DNA of 64,000 bases from an uncultured Bacillota bacterium (GCA_963804645.1 CAWDRG010000010.1:128001-192000), one strand, 5' to 3'; counted from the stretch's first letter, positions 1 through 11,278 are shown. Numbers and translations: made by a program. The notes: generated by a model from the letters alone, not told the origin.

Positions 1-3000
1 AGCTGCATCGTGCTCCCCGCGTTCACCTGCATCGTCCCGTTGTTCGTTACGGTGCCGCCGCCGTTGAACAGCAGGGTCTGCCCGGGCGCGTTGGCAAGCA
101 ACGTCCCCGCGGCGTCGTTGACCACCGACAGCCCGTTGTCGCCGATATTCCCCGCGCCCTGGATGGTATTGTCGACGTTGGTCAGGGTCAGGCCGCCCGC
201 CGTCTGGAAGATGATGGGGGTTCCGCCGCCGCCGGCCGTGGACAGCGTCACCGTACCCCGCCCCGCCCTGTAGCGTCGTGTCGGCGTTGATCTCGACGTC
301 GGTATTGACGCCGCTCCCCGCGTTGATCTGGATGTTGCCGAGGTTGTCGAACGTCCCGAAGAGCGCCGTGGTGCTCGAGAGGGCGGCAGTATAGGTGCTC
401 CCCGCGCTCACGGTCAACGCGCCCTGGGAGGTCCCATCCAAGGTCGCGGACTGTCCTTGCGGCGTGCCAAGGGTCCCGCCACTCAGCGTATTCAGCGTCC
501 CGCCCGAGATAGTGGCGCCGCTTTGGATGCTCACCGTGGCGCCGGCGCCGTTCGCGGTGATGTTACCGCCAAGATTGTTCACGTGATTCTCGATCACCAG
601 GTTGCCGCTGTTCGTGGCTTCCAGCAGCCCGGCGTTCGTCACCAGTCCCCCGCCATCCATCGTCAGGGTCGTCGTGAGGCCGCCGCCCGTCGAGTTCGCG
701 TCGATCACTCCGCCGGCCTCGTTGGTCACCGCGAGCCCATTGTTGCCGAGGATGCCTTCGCCCTGGATGGTGTTGTTCACGTTCACGAGGGTCATGCCGC
801 CCGCAGACTGCTCGATGAACGCGGCGCCGCCGCCGGTGGCCGAGGACAGGTTCACCGTGCCCCCACCCTGCAGCGTCAGCGTGAGTTGGCTGCCGTTCCC
901 CAGCAACACGATCGTGTTGACGCCCGAGCCCCCGTTGATCTGGAACGTGTTGTCGTTGTTGATCGTGCCGAGGAGAGTAGTCGTGGAGCTCAGGGCGCTG
1001 GTAAACGTGCCGTTGAGCGTGATCGGCCCCGCGGTACCCCCGTCCAACGTCGCCGACTGGCCGACCGGCACGCCCAGGGTCCCGCCGTTGTTGTTCAGCG
1101 TCCCGCCCTGGATGATGGTGCCGCTTTGCAGGGTCACCGTGGCGCCGGCGCCGTTGGCGGTGATGTTGGCACCGGCGTTGTCCACGTTAGTCTCGATCAG
1201 CAGGTTGCCGCTGTTCGTGGCTTCCAGCAGCCCGGCGTTCGTCACCAGTCCCCCGCCGTCGAGCGTCAACGCCGTGATCAGCGGGCCGCCCGTCGAGTTC
1301 GCATCGATCACTCCACCGGCCTCGTTGAGCACCGTGAGCCCGTTGTTGCCGAGGATGCCCTCGCCCTGGATGGTGTTGTTGACGTTCGCCAGGGTCACGC
1401 CGCCCACAGCCTGCTCGATGAACGCGTCGCCGCCGCCCATGGTCGAGGACAGGTTCACCGTGCCCCCGCCCTGCAGCGTCAGCGTGAGTTGGGTGCCGCT
1501 CCCCAGCTCCACGATCGTGTTGACGCCCGAGCCCCCGTTGATCTGGAACGTGTTGTCGTTGTTGATCGTGCCGAGGAGAGTAGTCGTGGAGCCGAAGTCG
1601 GCGGTATACGTGCCGTTGAGCGTGATCGGCCCAGCGGTACCCCCGTCCAACGTCGCCGTCTGGTTTACCGGCGTACCCAGGAACCCGCCGTTGTTGGTCA
1701 GCGTCCCGCCCTGGATGGTGGTTTGGATGCTCACCGTGGCGCCGGCGCCGTTTGCGGTGATGTTACCGCCGGCGTTGTCCACGGTGTTATCGAGCACCAG
1801 GTCGCCGCTGTTCGTGGCTTCCAGCAGCCCGGCGTTCGTCACCAGTCCCCCGCCGTCGAGCGTCAACGTCGTGATCAGGCCGGGGCCGCCGGTCGAGTTC
1901 GCGTCGATCACTCCACCGGCCTCGTTGGTCACCGTGAGCCCGTTGTTGCCGAGGATGCCCTCGCCCTGGATGGTGTTGTTGACGTTTAGGAGCGTGACGC
2001 CGCCCACACTCTCCTCGATGAACGCGTCGCCGCCACCAACGGGCGTGGACACGTTCACCGTGCCCCCACCCTGCAGCGTCACCGTCGTGGCGCTCGCGGT
2101 CCCCAGGAACGTTATCGTGTTGGTGCCCGCGCCCCCGTCGATCTGTATCGTGCCGAGGTTGTTGATCGTGCCGGCGAGGAACAACTCCGTGTTCAGGGCG
2201 CTGGTAAACGTGCCGTTGATCGTCACCGCACCCGCCGCCGTGCTTCCGTCCAGATTACCTACATTCCCCGTCAGCACGCCCAAGGTCCCGCCGGCGTTGG
2301 TCAGCGTCCCGCCCTGGATGTCCGCGGCCAAAAGATTCACCGTGCTGCCGCTGCCGGCCAGGATGGTGCCGCCTGCGTTGTTCACGGTTGCAGTCACAAT
2401 CGCCAGCGTGCCGCCACTCGTGGCTTCGAGCAGATTCGTATTGGTGACCCCGCCGCCGGCGTCGATCTCCAACTCGCCCGTTCCCGGCACGTTGGCATCG
2501 ACGATGCCCTGATTGTTCAGGGCCAACCCGCCGTCCCCGACGAGGCCCGTGCCCTGAATCGTGTTATCGGCGTTGGTCAGCGTGACCCCGCCTACGCCCT
2601 GTAGGATGATCGCGTTACCGAAGCCGCTGGTCAGCGTCACGGTCCCCCCGCCCGACAGCGTGGTACTGGCATCGAGCTCCAGCAGGGTATTGAAGCCGCT
2701 CCCGGCGTTGATCACGATGTTGCCGCCGTTGATAATTTGCGACCCGTTGGTAATCAGCGTGCTGTTCAGACTCATGTTCAGCGTGTTGTTCGGGTCGACT
2801 TGGAGGCTGTCGACGTTCGCGGTGAACCCGGTGTCGAACGTCACGGTCGTGGGAGTCCCCAAGGTGCCGTTGGTGATGCAGACGTTGGTGCCGGCGCCGT
2901 TGGGCACCGTCCCGGTGCTCCAGTTCGACCCTGTGTTCCAGTTGCTGTTGCCGTCAGTCCACGACGTGGGACTCGCCAAGGTGCACGCCGCGGACGCCGG

Positions 3001-3129
3001 ACCGGCGCCGAACGACACGGCCGCACCGAGCGCCAGCACAAGACAGCTAAATAGGAAGAACGCGGGCCTACGATGGCCCGCGCGCAGACGTGCCCCCACG
3101 AGCATCCACACCGCCGATAACTGACTCAC
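1..3129 (-). CDS. Large secreted Gly/Thr/Asn-rich beta-strand-repeat protein (adhesin/autotransporter-passenger-like); runs off the window edge; apparent frameshift near 258
   Basis: Absent from the ORF track (no stop in window). Read manually: GGGGGAGG RBS, GTG at 3129, signal-like MSQLSAVW...FFLFSCLVLALGAAVSFGAGPASAA, then CTLASPTSWTDGNSNWNTGSNWSTG and repeats such as GGLVTNAGLLEATNSG. The + strand ORFs 602-2512 and 2561-3124 are its shadows. Confidence 0.85.
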   Translation of the reverse strand, partial: MSQLSAVWMLVGARLRAGHRRPAFFLFSCLVLALGAAVSFGAGPASAACTLASPTSWTDGNSNWNTGSNWSTGTVPNGAGTNVCITNGTLGTPTTVTFDTGFTANVDSLQVDPNNTLNMSLNSTLITNGSQIINGGNIVINAGSGFNTLLELDASTTLSGGGTVTLTSGFGNAIILQGVGGVTLTNADNTIQGTGLVGDGGLALNNQGIVDANVPGTGELEIDAGGGVTNTNLLEATSGGTLAIVTATVNNAGGTILAGSGSTVNLLAADIQGGTLTNAGGTLGVLTGNVGNLDGSTAAGAVTINGTFTSALNTELFLAGTINNLGTIQIDGGAGTNTITFLGTASATTVTLQGGGTVNVSTPVGGGDAFIEESVGGVTLLNVNNTIQGEGILGNNGLTVTNEAGGVIDANSTGGPGLITTLTLDGGGLVTNAGLLEATNSGDLVLDNTVDNAGGNITANGAGATVSIQTTIQGGTLTNNGGFLGTPVNQTATLDGGTAGPITLNGTYTADFGSTTTLLGTINNDNTFQINGGSGVNTIVELGSGTQLTLTLQGGGTVNLSSTMGGGDAFIEQAVGGVTLANVNNTIQGEGILGNNGLTVLNEAGGVIDANSTGGPLITALTLDGGGLVTNAGLLEATNSGNLLIETNVDNAGANITANGAGATVTLQSGTIIQGGTLNNNGGTLGVPVGQSATLDGGTAGPITLNGTFTSALSSTTTLLGTINNDNTFQINGGSGVNTIVLLGNGSQLTLTLQGGGTVNLSSATGGGAAFIEQSAGGMTLVNVNNTIQGEGILGNNGLAVTNEAGGVIDANSTGGGLTTTLTMDGGGLVTNAGLLEATNSGNLVIENHVNNLGGNITANGAGATVSIQSGATISGGTLNTLSGGTLGTPQGQSATLDGTSQGALTVSAGSTYTAALSSTTALFGTFDNLGNIQINAGSGVNTDVEINADTTLQGGAGYGDAVHGRRRRNPHHLPDGGRPDPDQRRQYHPGRGEYRRQRAVGGQRRRGDVACQRARADPAVQRRRHRNEQRDDAGERGEHDAA
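601..2400. repeat. About 600-bp (about 200 aa) tandem intragenic repeat, ~3 copies
   Basis: The block gccgctgttcgtggcttccagcagcccggcgttcgtcaccagtcccccgcc recurs at ~604, ~1207 and ~1804. Confidence 0.9.
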
Positions 3130-3621
3130 GGTTGCCTCCCCCTTGCGATACGCACCGTACCACTGTCGCGTCCCGGCGCCAGAACACGCGCAAACCGCTG
3201 TGAATCCGCGATGTGACAGACACACCCGTAGTCGGGCTATGTTCCCCTATTGTTTCCAATGTCCACGGCCGGGGTAATCCCTCAATCGGAGGGTCTTTAC
3301 GATCCGAACAGCGTTATCAGGCCACCCGACACGCCCAGGCGGTGCGCGCCGATGCTGAGGACAGATGCGGTGTCGCCGGCCAGTGCCACCGAACACCGCA
3401 CCGCCTGACGCTGCGGAGACCGCCGGCGGCGCGCCGCCAGACAGCACGCCACCCAGGTGGAGGAAACCGCGGTGGAAGCCCCAAAGTATGGGGTATCGGG
3501 TAAGCGCGGCACACACCGCACGCGAAATCTGCTGATAACCGTCCCGACGCGGTCGGGCGCGCCCCGCCCGGTACGCTCGGCAGGCGGCGGCCGACCCGCC
3601 GCCCCGCCCTTCGGAGGCCCT

Positions 3622-5674
3622 ATGGTAGACCGGTATCGGCTCGGCGTTGACATCGGGGGCACGTTCACGGATTTCGTGTTGTTGAACGAGGCGTCCGGCG
3701 CGGTAGAGATCCTGAAGATTCCCACGACACCGCGGGCACCCGCCGACGCCGTCGCGGACGGCGTCCGAATTCTCTCCCGACGACTTACGATCGACCCGGC
3801 GGTAATCGACTACTTCGTCCACGGGACGACCCTGGCCGTGAACACGCTGATCGAGCGCTCCGGCAGTCCGGTGGGCCTGCTCGTGACGAGCGGACTCGAG
3901 GACATCCTCGAGATCCGGCGGTTGCGGCTTCCCGATCCGCAGAATTTCTTCACGGATCCTCCGGCGCCGCTCGCCCCTCGCGAGATGGTGCGCGGCATCG
4001 ACGAACGCCTCGGTCCGAGCGGCGGGGTGGAGCGGGCCCTCGATGTGGAGGACGCCGAGGCCAAGGCCGCGGAGCTGGTGGCCGCGGGCTGCCGGGCGCT
4101 GGCGATCTGCTTCCTGCACGCGTACGCGAACGACGAACACGAGGCGGCGGTCAAGCGCCGCATCGAGGCCCGGTTCCCCGGGCTGTTCGTCTGCACGTCG
4201 AGCGACGTGTGGCCCCAGCGCCGCGAGTACGAGCGCTCGCTCCTGACGACGATCAACGCGCACGTCGGCGAGCGGATGCGCGACGTACTTTCGGTCCCTC
4301 GAGCACGATCTGCGCGCGCTCGGGGTCGCCTCTCCGATCCTCTCGACGAAATCGAACGGCGGCGTCATGACGGCGCGGACGGCCGGCGAGCGGTCGGTCG
4401 AGACGTTGTTCTCGGGCCCGTCCTCCGGCGTCATCGGCGCGCACTGGGTCGCCGCGCAGGCCGGATTTCCGCGCGTCATCACGTTCGACATGGGCGGGAC
4501 GAGCGCCGACGTCTCCGTGATCACGGACCGTCCTTCGTACTCGAGCGAAGCGCAGGCCGGCGACTTTCCGATCCTGATGCCGTCGATCGATATCAAATCG
4601 GTCGGCGCCGGCGGCGGGTCCATCGCCTGGATCGACCGGAGCGGCGTGCTGAAGGTCGGACCGCACAGCGCGGGGTCCGAGCCGGGCCCCGCGTGCTACG
4701 GGCGCGGCGGCACCGAGCCCACGATCACCGACGCCTACCTCACCATGGGCTGGCTGAACCCCGCGCGGTTCGCGGGGGGCGGCGTGCCGCTGGATCCCGC
4801 GGCGGCGCGCGGCGCGCTGACGACGTTGGGGCGGCGCCTCGGCATGGAGGCCGAAGAGATCGCGTGGGCGATCGCGGAGGTGGCCACCGCGAACATGTAC
4901 GCCCGCTTCACGCCGTTTCTCACGAGCCGCGGCGTCAACGCCGAAGAGTACGCCGTGGTGGCCTACGGCGGAGCCGGCCCCACCCACGTCTGCCTGCTCG
5001 CGCAGGAACTCGGCCTGAGCCGCGTGCTCGATCCCGCGCATCCCCGGCGCCTTGTGCGCCCTCGGATGCCTCGTCGCGGATCTGCGGGCGGATTTCGTGC
5101 GCGTGCTCGACGCGCGGTGCGCCGGACTCTCGCCGGCGGCGCTGGAGGCGTCGTTCCAGACGCTGGAAACCGAGGCGCACGCCTGGCTCGAGCGCGAAGG
5201 ACTCGCCGTCACGGCGCACCGGTTCGAGCGGTCCGCCGACATGCGCTACGTGGGTCAGTCGTTCGAGCTGACCGCGCCCCTGCCGGACCGGATCGACGGG
5301 TCGCTCGACCCGGTGCTCGAGGCGTTCTACCGCGTGTACCACGACGTGTACGGCTACGTCGACCGGGAGGCCCCCGTGGAGATCGTCGACCTTCGGATGC
5401 AGGTCGTGGGGGTCACCCCGAAACCGGCCAGCCTCGACGCACCGCCCGCCGCGGGCCCACGCGCCGCCGCGCACGGCGGCCGCGCGCCCGATCTATTGGA
5501 ACGGGACAGATGGTGGAGGCGGCGGTCTACCAGCGCGCCGCGCTCCAGGCCGGGGATCGGCTGACGGGACCGGCGCTGATCGAGCAGGACGACACGACGA
5601 CGGTCGTCCCGGCGGGCTTCAGCGCCGCCGTCGATGCGCAGCTCAACGTGATCATGGAAAGGCGGGCGCGATGA
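3622..5674 (+). CDS. Hydantoinase/oxoprolinase A subunit, split by apparent indels (~4284, ~5030, ~5480-5505)
   Basis: LGVDIGGTFTD, HGTTLAVN, DMGGTSAD, SVGAGGGSIA and GPACYGRGG motifs spread over ORFs 3457-5271, 4367-5674 and 5052-5564. Confidence 0.85.
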
Positions 5675-7701
5675 TCACGGAACGGACCACGAATCCCGTC
5701 ATGCTGGAAGTCCTCCGCAACCGCTTCCAGGCGATCGCGGAGGAGATGGCCTCACTCGTCCTGCGCGCGGGCCACACCGTGTTCGTGAAGGAGACCTCGG
5801 ATTTCGGGGCCGCGCTGGTCTCGACGCGCGGGGAAGTCGTGTGCGCGCCGGTCAACACCGGGGTAGCGCTGATGGTGGGCGTGCCGTGCGACGTCGCGAT
5901 CGAGCGCGCCCAGGACCTCGGGGTCGAGCCGGGCGACGTCTTCATCTCGAACGACGTCTGGGGCACCGGCGGCATGGCGACGCATCTGCCCGACATCTAC
6001 GTGTGGAAGCCGATCTTTCACGACGGGCAGGTGATCTGCTACGCGTGGGCGTTCGTGCACTCCTCGGACGTCGGCGGAATCGTGCCGGGCAGCATCGCGC
6101 CGTCAAGCAATGAGATCTACCAAGAAGGCATCCGGATCCCGGTCTCCAAGCTGTTCCGCCGCGACGAGCTGAACCGCGAACTGCTGAACCTCATCATGGC
6201 GAACTGCCGCATCCCCGACCAGAACTGGGGCGACATCAAGGCCATGGTCTCCGGACTGACGCGCGCCGAGCAGCGCGTGGAGGCCCTCGTCGACCGCTAC
6301 GGCATGGAGACGGTCCGCGCCGGCATCGTCGACGTGCTCGACTACGCCGAGGAACAGGCGCGCGAGGAGTTTGCCAAGGTTCCGGACGGGACGTACGTGT
6401 TCTGGGACTACATGGAGGGCGACTCCGGCGGCGGGCGGGCCATTCGGATGAAGGTGCGGATGGTCGTCGACGGCGGCGGTGTGACGCTCGACTTCTCGGA
6501 TACCGACCCGCAGACCCGCCAATCGTACAACCTACCGTCGCATTCGCGCCGCGGGCACTGGCAGTTCGTCTTCTCGCTCGTCGGCTTCCTGCGCTCGGTG
6601 CGGGCCGGCATCACGTACAACTCGGGCCTGGCCCGTCCCGTCGCCCTGGAGATCCCGCGCGGCAGCGTGCTGAACCCGGAGCCGGGCGTTTCCGTCGGCA
6701 ACCGCTCCGCCACGCAGATCCGCCTCGTGGACGTCATCATGGGCGCGCTCGCGCAGGCGCGGCCGGAGACCATACCGGCGGCCGGCGCGGGGCAGGGATC
6801 GATCTTCTTGCTGCGCGTGCCGGACCCGAACACGGGGCAGAGCAAGGTCAGCGTCATTCAACCGCTGTGCGGCGGGTCGGGCGGCCGGCCGACCAAGGAC
6901 GGGATCGACGGCATCGACTTCTCCATCGGCTATCTCCGCAACATTCCGGTCGAGTCCATCGAGGCCGACATGCCGGTGCGCATCCGCCGGTACCGCCTGC
7001 GCGAGGACTCCGGCGGGGCCGGACGCTTCCGGGGCGGGGTCGGCCTGGAGATCGAGATGCAGGTCCTGGCGCCTGAGGCCACCGTGACCTCCCGGGCGAT
7101 GGACCGCTACAATTTCAGGCCGTGGGGCCGCCTCGGCGGCCGACCGGGCGCCCGCGGCTACACGCTGCTGAATCCCGGCACGCCGGCGGAGCGCTCCATC
7201 GGGAAGATCGACGTCCTGCAACTCGAGTACGGCGACGTGATCCGCATCGGGACGCCCGGCGGCGGCGGATACGGGGACCCGCTGGAGCGCGACCCCGCCG
7301 ACGTCGCGGCCGACGTCCGGCGCGGCGTCCTCAGCGCCAACTCCGCCGCCCGCGAGTACGACGTGGTGCTGCGCTCCGACGCCACGGTCGACGACGCAGC
7401 GACGCAGACCCGGCGCGCGGCGCGCCGCGCGGCGCGGGGACCGCTGCGGGACTTCGACTTCGGGCCCGAGCGCGAGGAGTACGAGCGCGTATGGTCGGAT
7501 ACCCTCGTCACCGGGCTCGTCCGGGCGCTCGACCCGTATCCTCCGAAGATGCGCACGCTCCTGCGTGAGCGCGTCTGCCGCGCGATCGACGCGGAGACCG
7601 CTGCGGGCCGCCCGGTGACGGTGGACGACCTCGCGCGGCTGCTCGGAGGCATCCTCGAATCGGTGGGCTACACGGCGAAGATCCCGGCACCGGCCGGCTG
7701 A
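5671..7701 (+). CDS. Hydantoinase B/oxoprolinase family protein
   Basis: LEVLRNRFQAIAEEM, HLPD, DSGGAGRFRGG and TPGGGGYGDP motifs; ATGA overlap with the A subunit. Confidence 0.93.
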   Translation: MITERTTNPVMLEVLRNRFQAIAEEMASLVLRAGHTVFVKETSDFGAALVSTRGEVVCAPVNTGVALMVGVPCDVAIERAQDLGVEPGDVFISNDVWGTGGMATHLPDIYVWKPIFHDGQVICYAWAFVHSSDVGGIVPGSIAPSSNEIYQEGIRIPVSKLFRRDELNRELLNLIMANCRIPDQNWGDIKAMVSGLTRAEQRVEALVDRYGMETVRAGIVDVLDYAEEQAREEFAKVPDGTYVFWDYMEGDSGGGRAIRMKVRMVVDGGGVTLDFSDTDPQTRQSYNLPSHSRRGHWQFVFSLVGFLRSVRAGITYNSGLARPVALEIPRGSVLNPEPGVSVGNRSATQIRLVDVIMGALAQARPETIPAAGAGQGSIFLLRVPDPNTGQSKVSVIQPLCGGSGGRPTKDGIDGIDFSIGYLRNIPVESIEADMPVRIRRYRLREDSGGAGRFRGGVGLEIEMQVLAPEATVTSRAMDRYNFRPWGRLGGRPGARGYTLLNPGTPAERSIGKIDVLQLEYGDVIRIGTPGGGGYGDPLERDPADVAADVRRGVLSANSAAREYDVVLRSDATVDDAATQTRRAARRAARGPLRDFDFGPEREEYERVWSDTLVTGLVRALDPYPPKMRTLLRERVCRAIDAETAAGRPVTVDDLARLLGGILESVGYTAKIPAPAG

Positions 7702-7774
7702 CGCAGCGGGCGGCCGCACCCCGTACCCTGGACGCACGGACACGCATCACATCTGGTACGCTGGAGGGAGCCAC

Positions 7775-9373
7775 ATGATGAAGGGCACGAAACAGGCACG
7801 CCCCGGCACGCACCGCCGCGCCATGACGCGCCGGGCACTGCTCACGTCCACGGCCGTCGGGGCCGCGGCGGTCGGCGGGGGAGCGCTCGGTGCGCTCGCC
7901 TGGGTCGCCGACGCGCCGGCGCCGGCACGCGCCGCGGCTGGCCCCAAGCCGCTCGTCATCGGGATCGACACGGACCCCCTCACGCTCGACACGCGGCTGA
8001 CGACCCCGACGCAGGCGTATCCGATGGTCCAGCACATCTGCGAGCCGCTGACGTTCCGCCAGACCAACGGGGTCGTCCTCCCCTATCTCGCGGAGTCGTG
8101 GCAACGTGAAGGCGCGCTCGTCATGCGCCTCAATCTCCGCAAGGGCGTCAAGTTTCACAACGGCGAGCCGTTCGACGCCGAGTCGGTCAAGTACTCGCTC
8201 GACAGCGTGGTCACGCCCGACGTGTTTCCGAAAACGACCGGCCAGAAGCGCGCGTGGCTGAAGGCCATCGACTCGGTGGAGATCGTGGACGCCAGCACGG
8301 TCCGCCTGCACCTGAAGTATCCGTCCCGTGCGGTGCTCTCGTACCTCTCGCTGTTCGGGATGCTGCCGCCCCAGGCCGCGAGGACGGCGGGCGAGCGGTT
8401 CGGTCTGCAGCCGGTCGGCACGGGACCGTATCGGTTCGTCGAGTACGTGCCGGGCACGCATCTGGCGATGGAGCCGAACGCCTCATGGTGGGGCGGACGT
8501 GCGAAGAACGGCGGCGTCACCTTTCGGTTCCTCCCCGAGAACGCGACCCGCATCGCCGCGCTCGAAGCCGGCGAGGTGTCGTGGATCAACAACCTGCCTC
8601 CGGACCAGGTGGCGCGCATCAAGGGGAATTCCGGTCTGCGCGTCAATGAGACGATGTCCACGCGCATCATGTACCTCGGGATCGTGATGGACCGGGCCCC
8701 GTTCAACAAAGCCGAGGCCCGGCAGGCGGTCAACATCGCCATCGACAAGCAGGCGATCGTCGCGCAGCTGATGGGCGGCCACGGCGCCGTCGCCTCGTCC
8801 GTGTACTCGCCGGCGATCCTGTACTACAAAGCGCAACCGGCGTACAGGTACGACAAGGCGCAGGCCCAGCGGCTGTTTGCGGAGGCCGGGGTCGACCGCA
8901 GCACCCCGGTCAAGTACACGTACCCCACCGGCCGGTATCTGAACGACAAACAGGTCGGGGAGGCGGTCGGTGACATGCTGACGGACGCCGGCCTCACCCT
9001 GCAGTCGGAGAGCCCCGAGTGGGGCGTGCTGTTCGACGACATGGCCAAGGGCTATGCGAACCTGTTCTTGGTCGGCTACGCCGATCTCACGCTCGACCCA
9101 GACTACGCGCTCAATTGGCTGTTTATCAGCGACACGAGTTGGATGCGCTACAAGAATCCGCAGGTGGACACGCTGGTCACGAAGGGCGATGCGACGACCG
9201 ACTCCACGCAGGCACAGTCGGCGTATCAGGATGCGCAGCAGACGATTTGGCACGACGCGCCGACCGGATTCCTGTATCTCCAGCCCGAAATCCACGGCAC
9301 CAGCGCCAACTTCGTTGGCGATCAACCCCGCCCGGACGAGTACTTTCTGTTCTGGAACAACTCGCTGCGGTAA
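7775..9373 (+). CDS. Peptide/nickel ABC transporter substrate-binding protein (family 5), Tat signal
   Basis: TRRALL twin-arginine motif; LRKGVKFHNGEPFDAESV; PVGTGPY. Confidence 0.92.
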   Translation: MMKGTKQARPGTHRRAMTRRALLTSTAVGAAAVGGGALGALAWVADAPAPARAAAGPKPLVIGIDTDPLTLDTRLTTPTQAYPMVQHICEPLTFRQTNGVVLPYLAESWQREGALVMRLNLRKGVKFHNGEPFDAESVKYSLDSVVTPDVFPKTTGQKRAWLKAIDSVEIVDASTVRLHLKYPSRAVLSYLSLFGMLPPQAARTAGERFGLQPVGTGPYRFVEYVPGTHLAMEPNASWWGGRAKNGGVTFRFLPENATRIAALEAGEVSWINNLPPDQVARIKGNSGLRVNETMSTRIMYLGIVMDRAPFNKAEARQAVNIAIDKQAIVAQLMGGHGAVASSVYSPAILYYKAQPAYRYDKAQAQRLFAEAGVDRSTPVKYTYPTGRYLNDKQVGEAVGDMLTDAGLTLQSESPEWGVLFDDMAKGYANLFLVGYADLTLDPDYALNWLFISDTSWMRYKNPQVDTLVTKGDATTDSTQAQSAYQDAQQTIWHDAPTGFLYLQPEIHGTSANFVGDQPRPDEYFLFWNNSLR

Positions 9374-9446
9374 TCATGGCGTCCGCGGGCGGCCGCGCAG
9401 GACCAGATCGCCCCGCCGCCCGCCCGCCGCGGCTCCTGGAGGGACC

Positions 9447-10367
9447 GTGGGCGGGCTCATAGCACGGCGCCTCGCCCACGGCCTCGTCGTCCTCTGGGGC
9501 GTCTCGGTGGTCGTCTTCCTCGTCCTCCGCGTCGTCCCGGGAGACCCGGTCCTCATCATGTTCCCGGAGGGCCTGTCCCCGCAGCGGCTGCGGGCGGAAC
9601 ATGCCGCCCTCGGCCTCGATCGCCCGCTTCTCATCCAGTACGGCGCGTTCGTGTCCCGGGCGCTCCACGGGGATCTCGGCGATTCGTTTCGCTACGAGCG
9701 GCCCGCGCTCGGGCTGGTGCTGCAGCGCTTTCCCGCCACCGCACAGCTCGCCGCGGTCGCGATGGCCATCACCATTCTGGTCGGGATCCCGCTGGGCTTA
9801 GTGGCGGCGGCGCAGCGGGGCGGATGGATCGACCGCACGGTCATGCTCACGGCCTCGTTGGGACAGTCGCTGCCCACCTTCTGGCTCGGGATCATGCTGA
9901 TCGTGATCTTCGCCGTCGCCCTCCACTGGCTCCCCACCTCCGGCCGGGGCTCGCTCGCGCAGCTCGTCCTCCCCGCGGTCACGCTGGCCGGCTACAGCAC
10001 GGCGCTGACCGCGCGCCTGACCCGTGCGGGCATGCTCGACGTCTTCGCGGAGCCGTACATCCGCACGGCGCGGGCGAAAGGGCTGCGCGAGATCACCGTC
10101 CTGATCCGGCACGTCCTGCGGAACGGGCTGATCCCGGTGGTGACGCTGCTCGGCCTGCAGGTCGGGACGCTCCTCGGCGGGGCGGTGATCACCGAGGCGG
10201 TGTTCGCCTGGCCCGGCGTCGGCCTTTTGGCGGTCAGCGCGGTGTTCACCCGCGACTACAACGTGGTGCAGGCCGTCGTGCTCCTATCCACCGTCATCTT
10301 CATCGTCGTGAACCTGTGCATCGACCTGTGCTACGTCGTCCTCGATCCCAGGATCCGGCTGGGGTAG
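9447..10367 (+). CDS. Peptide ABC transporter permease (DppB-like)
   Basis: PGDP N-terminus, YIRTARAKGL, LDPRIR C-terminus; GTG start after GGAGGG. Confidence 0.92.
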   Translation: MGGLIARRLAHGLVVLWGVSVVVFLVLRVVPGDPVLIMFPEGLSPQRLRAEHAALGLDRPLLIQYGAFVSRALHGDLGDSFRYERPALGLVLQRFPATAQLAAVAMAITILVGIPLGLVAAAQRGGWIDRTVMLTASLGQSLPTFWLGIMLIVIFAVALHWLPTSGRGSLAQLVLPAVTLAGYSTALTARLTRAGMLDVFAEPYIRTARAKGLREITVLIRHVLRNGLIPVVTLLGLQVGTLLGGAVITEAVFAWPGVGLLAVSAVFTRDYNVVQAVVLLSTVIFIVVNLCIDLCYVVLDPRIRLG

Positions 10368-10372
10368 CCGCC

Positions 10373-11278
10373 GTGGCGGAGCGCGCGGGGACACGCATCA
10401 TCCGACGCCAGCACGCCGCGGCGGTGTTCGCGGCGCGCGCCGGGGCGGCGATCCGCCGCGTCGGCCGGGAGCGGTCGGCCCTTGCCGCCGCGGTCTTCGT
10501 GATGCTCGTCGTGGTCGGCGCCGTGGGGGCCCCGTGGCTCGCGCCGTACGACCCGGTGCGGTCTCACCTGATCGACCGCTTGCAGGCGCCGTCGTTCGGG
10601 ACCGGCCACTGGTTTGGGACCGATCAGCTCGGCCGCGACATCCTGAGCCGCGTCATCGCGGGGTCGCGCGTGTCGCTCACGGTTGGCGCCGCGGCGGTGG
10701 TCGGCGAAGGCCTGCTCGGGACCGCGCTCGGGCTGGTGGCCGGATACTCCCGGGGCGTCGCGGACACGGTCATCATGCGCGCGGTGGAGGTCCAGCTCGC
10801 GTTCCCCTTCGTGCTGCTCGCGCTCGCGATCGTCGCGGCGCTCGGCCCGGGCGTCGGAAACCTCATCATCGTGTTCATCGTCACCGGATGGGTTGTGTTC
10901 GCCCGGGTGGTGCGGGCGCAGGTGCTGCAGCTGCGCGAACGCGACTTTGTCGAGGCGAGCAGGAGCCTCGGCGCCACGTCCGCGCGCGTGCTGCTGCGTC
11001 ACATTCTCCCGAACGTGACCGGCTCGCTGATCGTGGTCGGGTCCTTCGAGTTGGCGAAGATCATCGTCTGGGAAGCCTCGCTCAGCTTTCTCGGGCTGGG
11101 CGTTCCGCCGCGCACCGTCTCGTGGGGCGCAATGCTGAGCGACGGCCGGCAGTACGTCGACACCGCCTGGTGGGTGGCCACATTTCCCGGGCTGGCGCTC
11201 GTAGGGGTCGTCCTCGCCGTCAACACGATCGGCGACGCGCTGCGGGACGCACTGGATCCGCGGGTGGAACGCGTCTGA
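10373..11278 (+). CDS. Peptide ABC transporter permease (DppC-like)
   Basis: HWFGTDQLGRD, FVEASRSLGA, GDALRDALDP. Confidence 0.92.
   Translation: MAERAGTRIIRRQHAAAVFAARAGAAIRRVGRERSALAAAVFVMLVVVGAVGAPWLAPYDPVRSHLIDRLQAPSFGTGHWFGTDQLGRDILSRVIAGSRVSLTVGAAAVVGEGLLGTALGLVAGYSRGVADTVIMRAVEVQLAFPFVLLALAIVAALGPGVGNLIIVFIVTGWVVFARVVRAQVLQLRERDFVEASRSLGATSARVLLRHILPNVTGSLIVVGSFELAKIIVWEASLSFLGLGVPPRTVSWGAMLSDGRQYVDTAWWVATFPGLALVGVVLAVNTIGDALRDALDPRVERV

Noticed and set aside
457..3124. Long + strand ORFs (457-1989, 602-2512, 2561-3124)
   Set aside because: Shadows of the minus-strand repeat protein, which has an RBS and signal peptide
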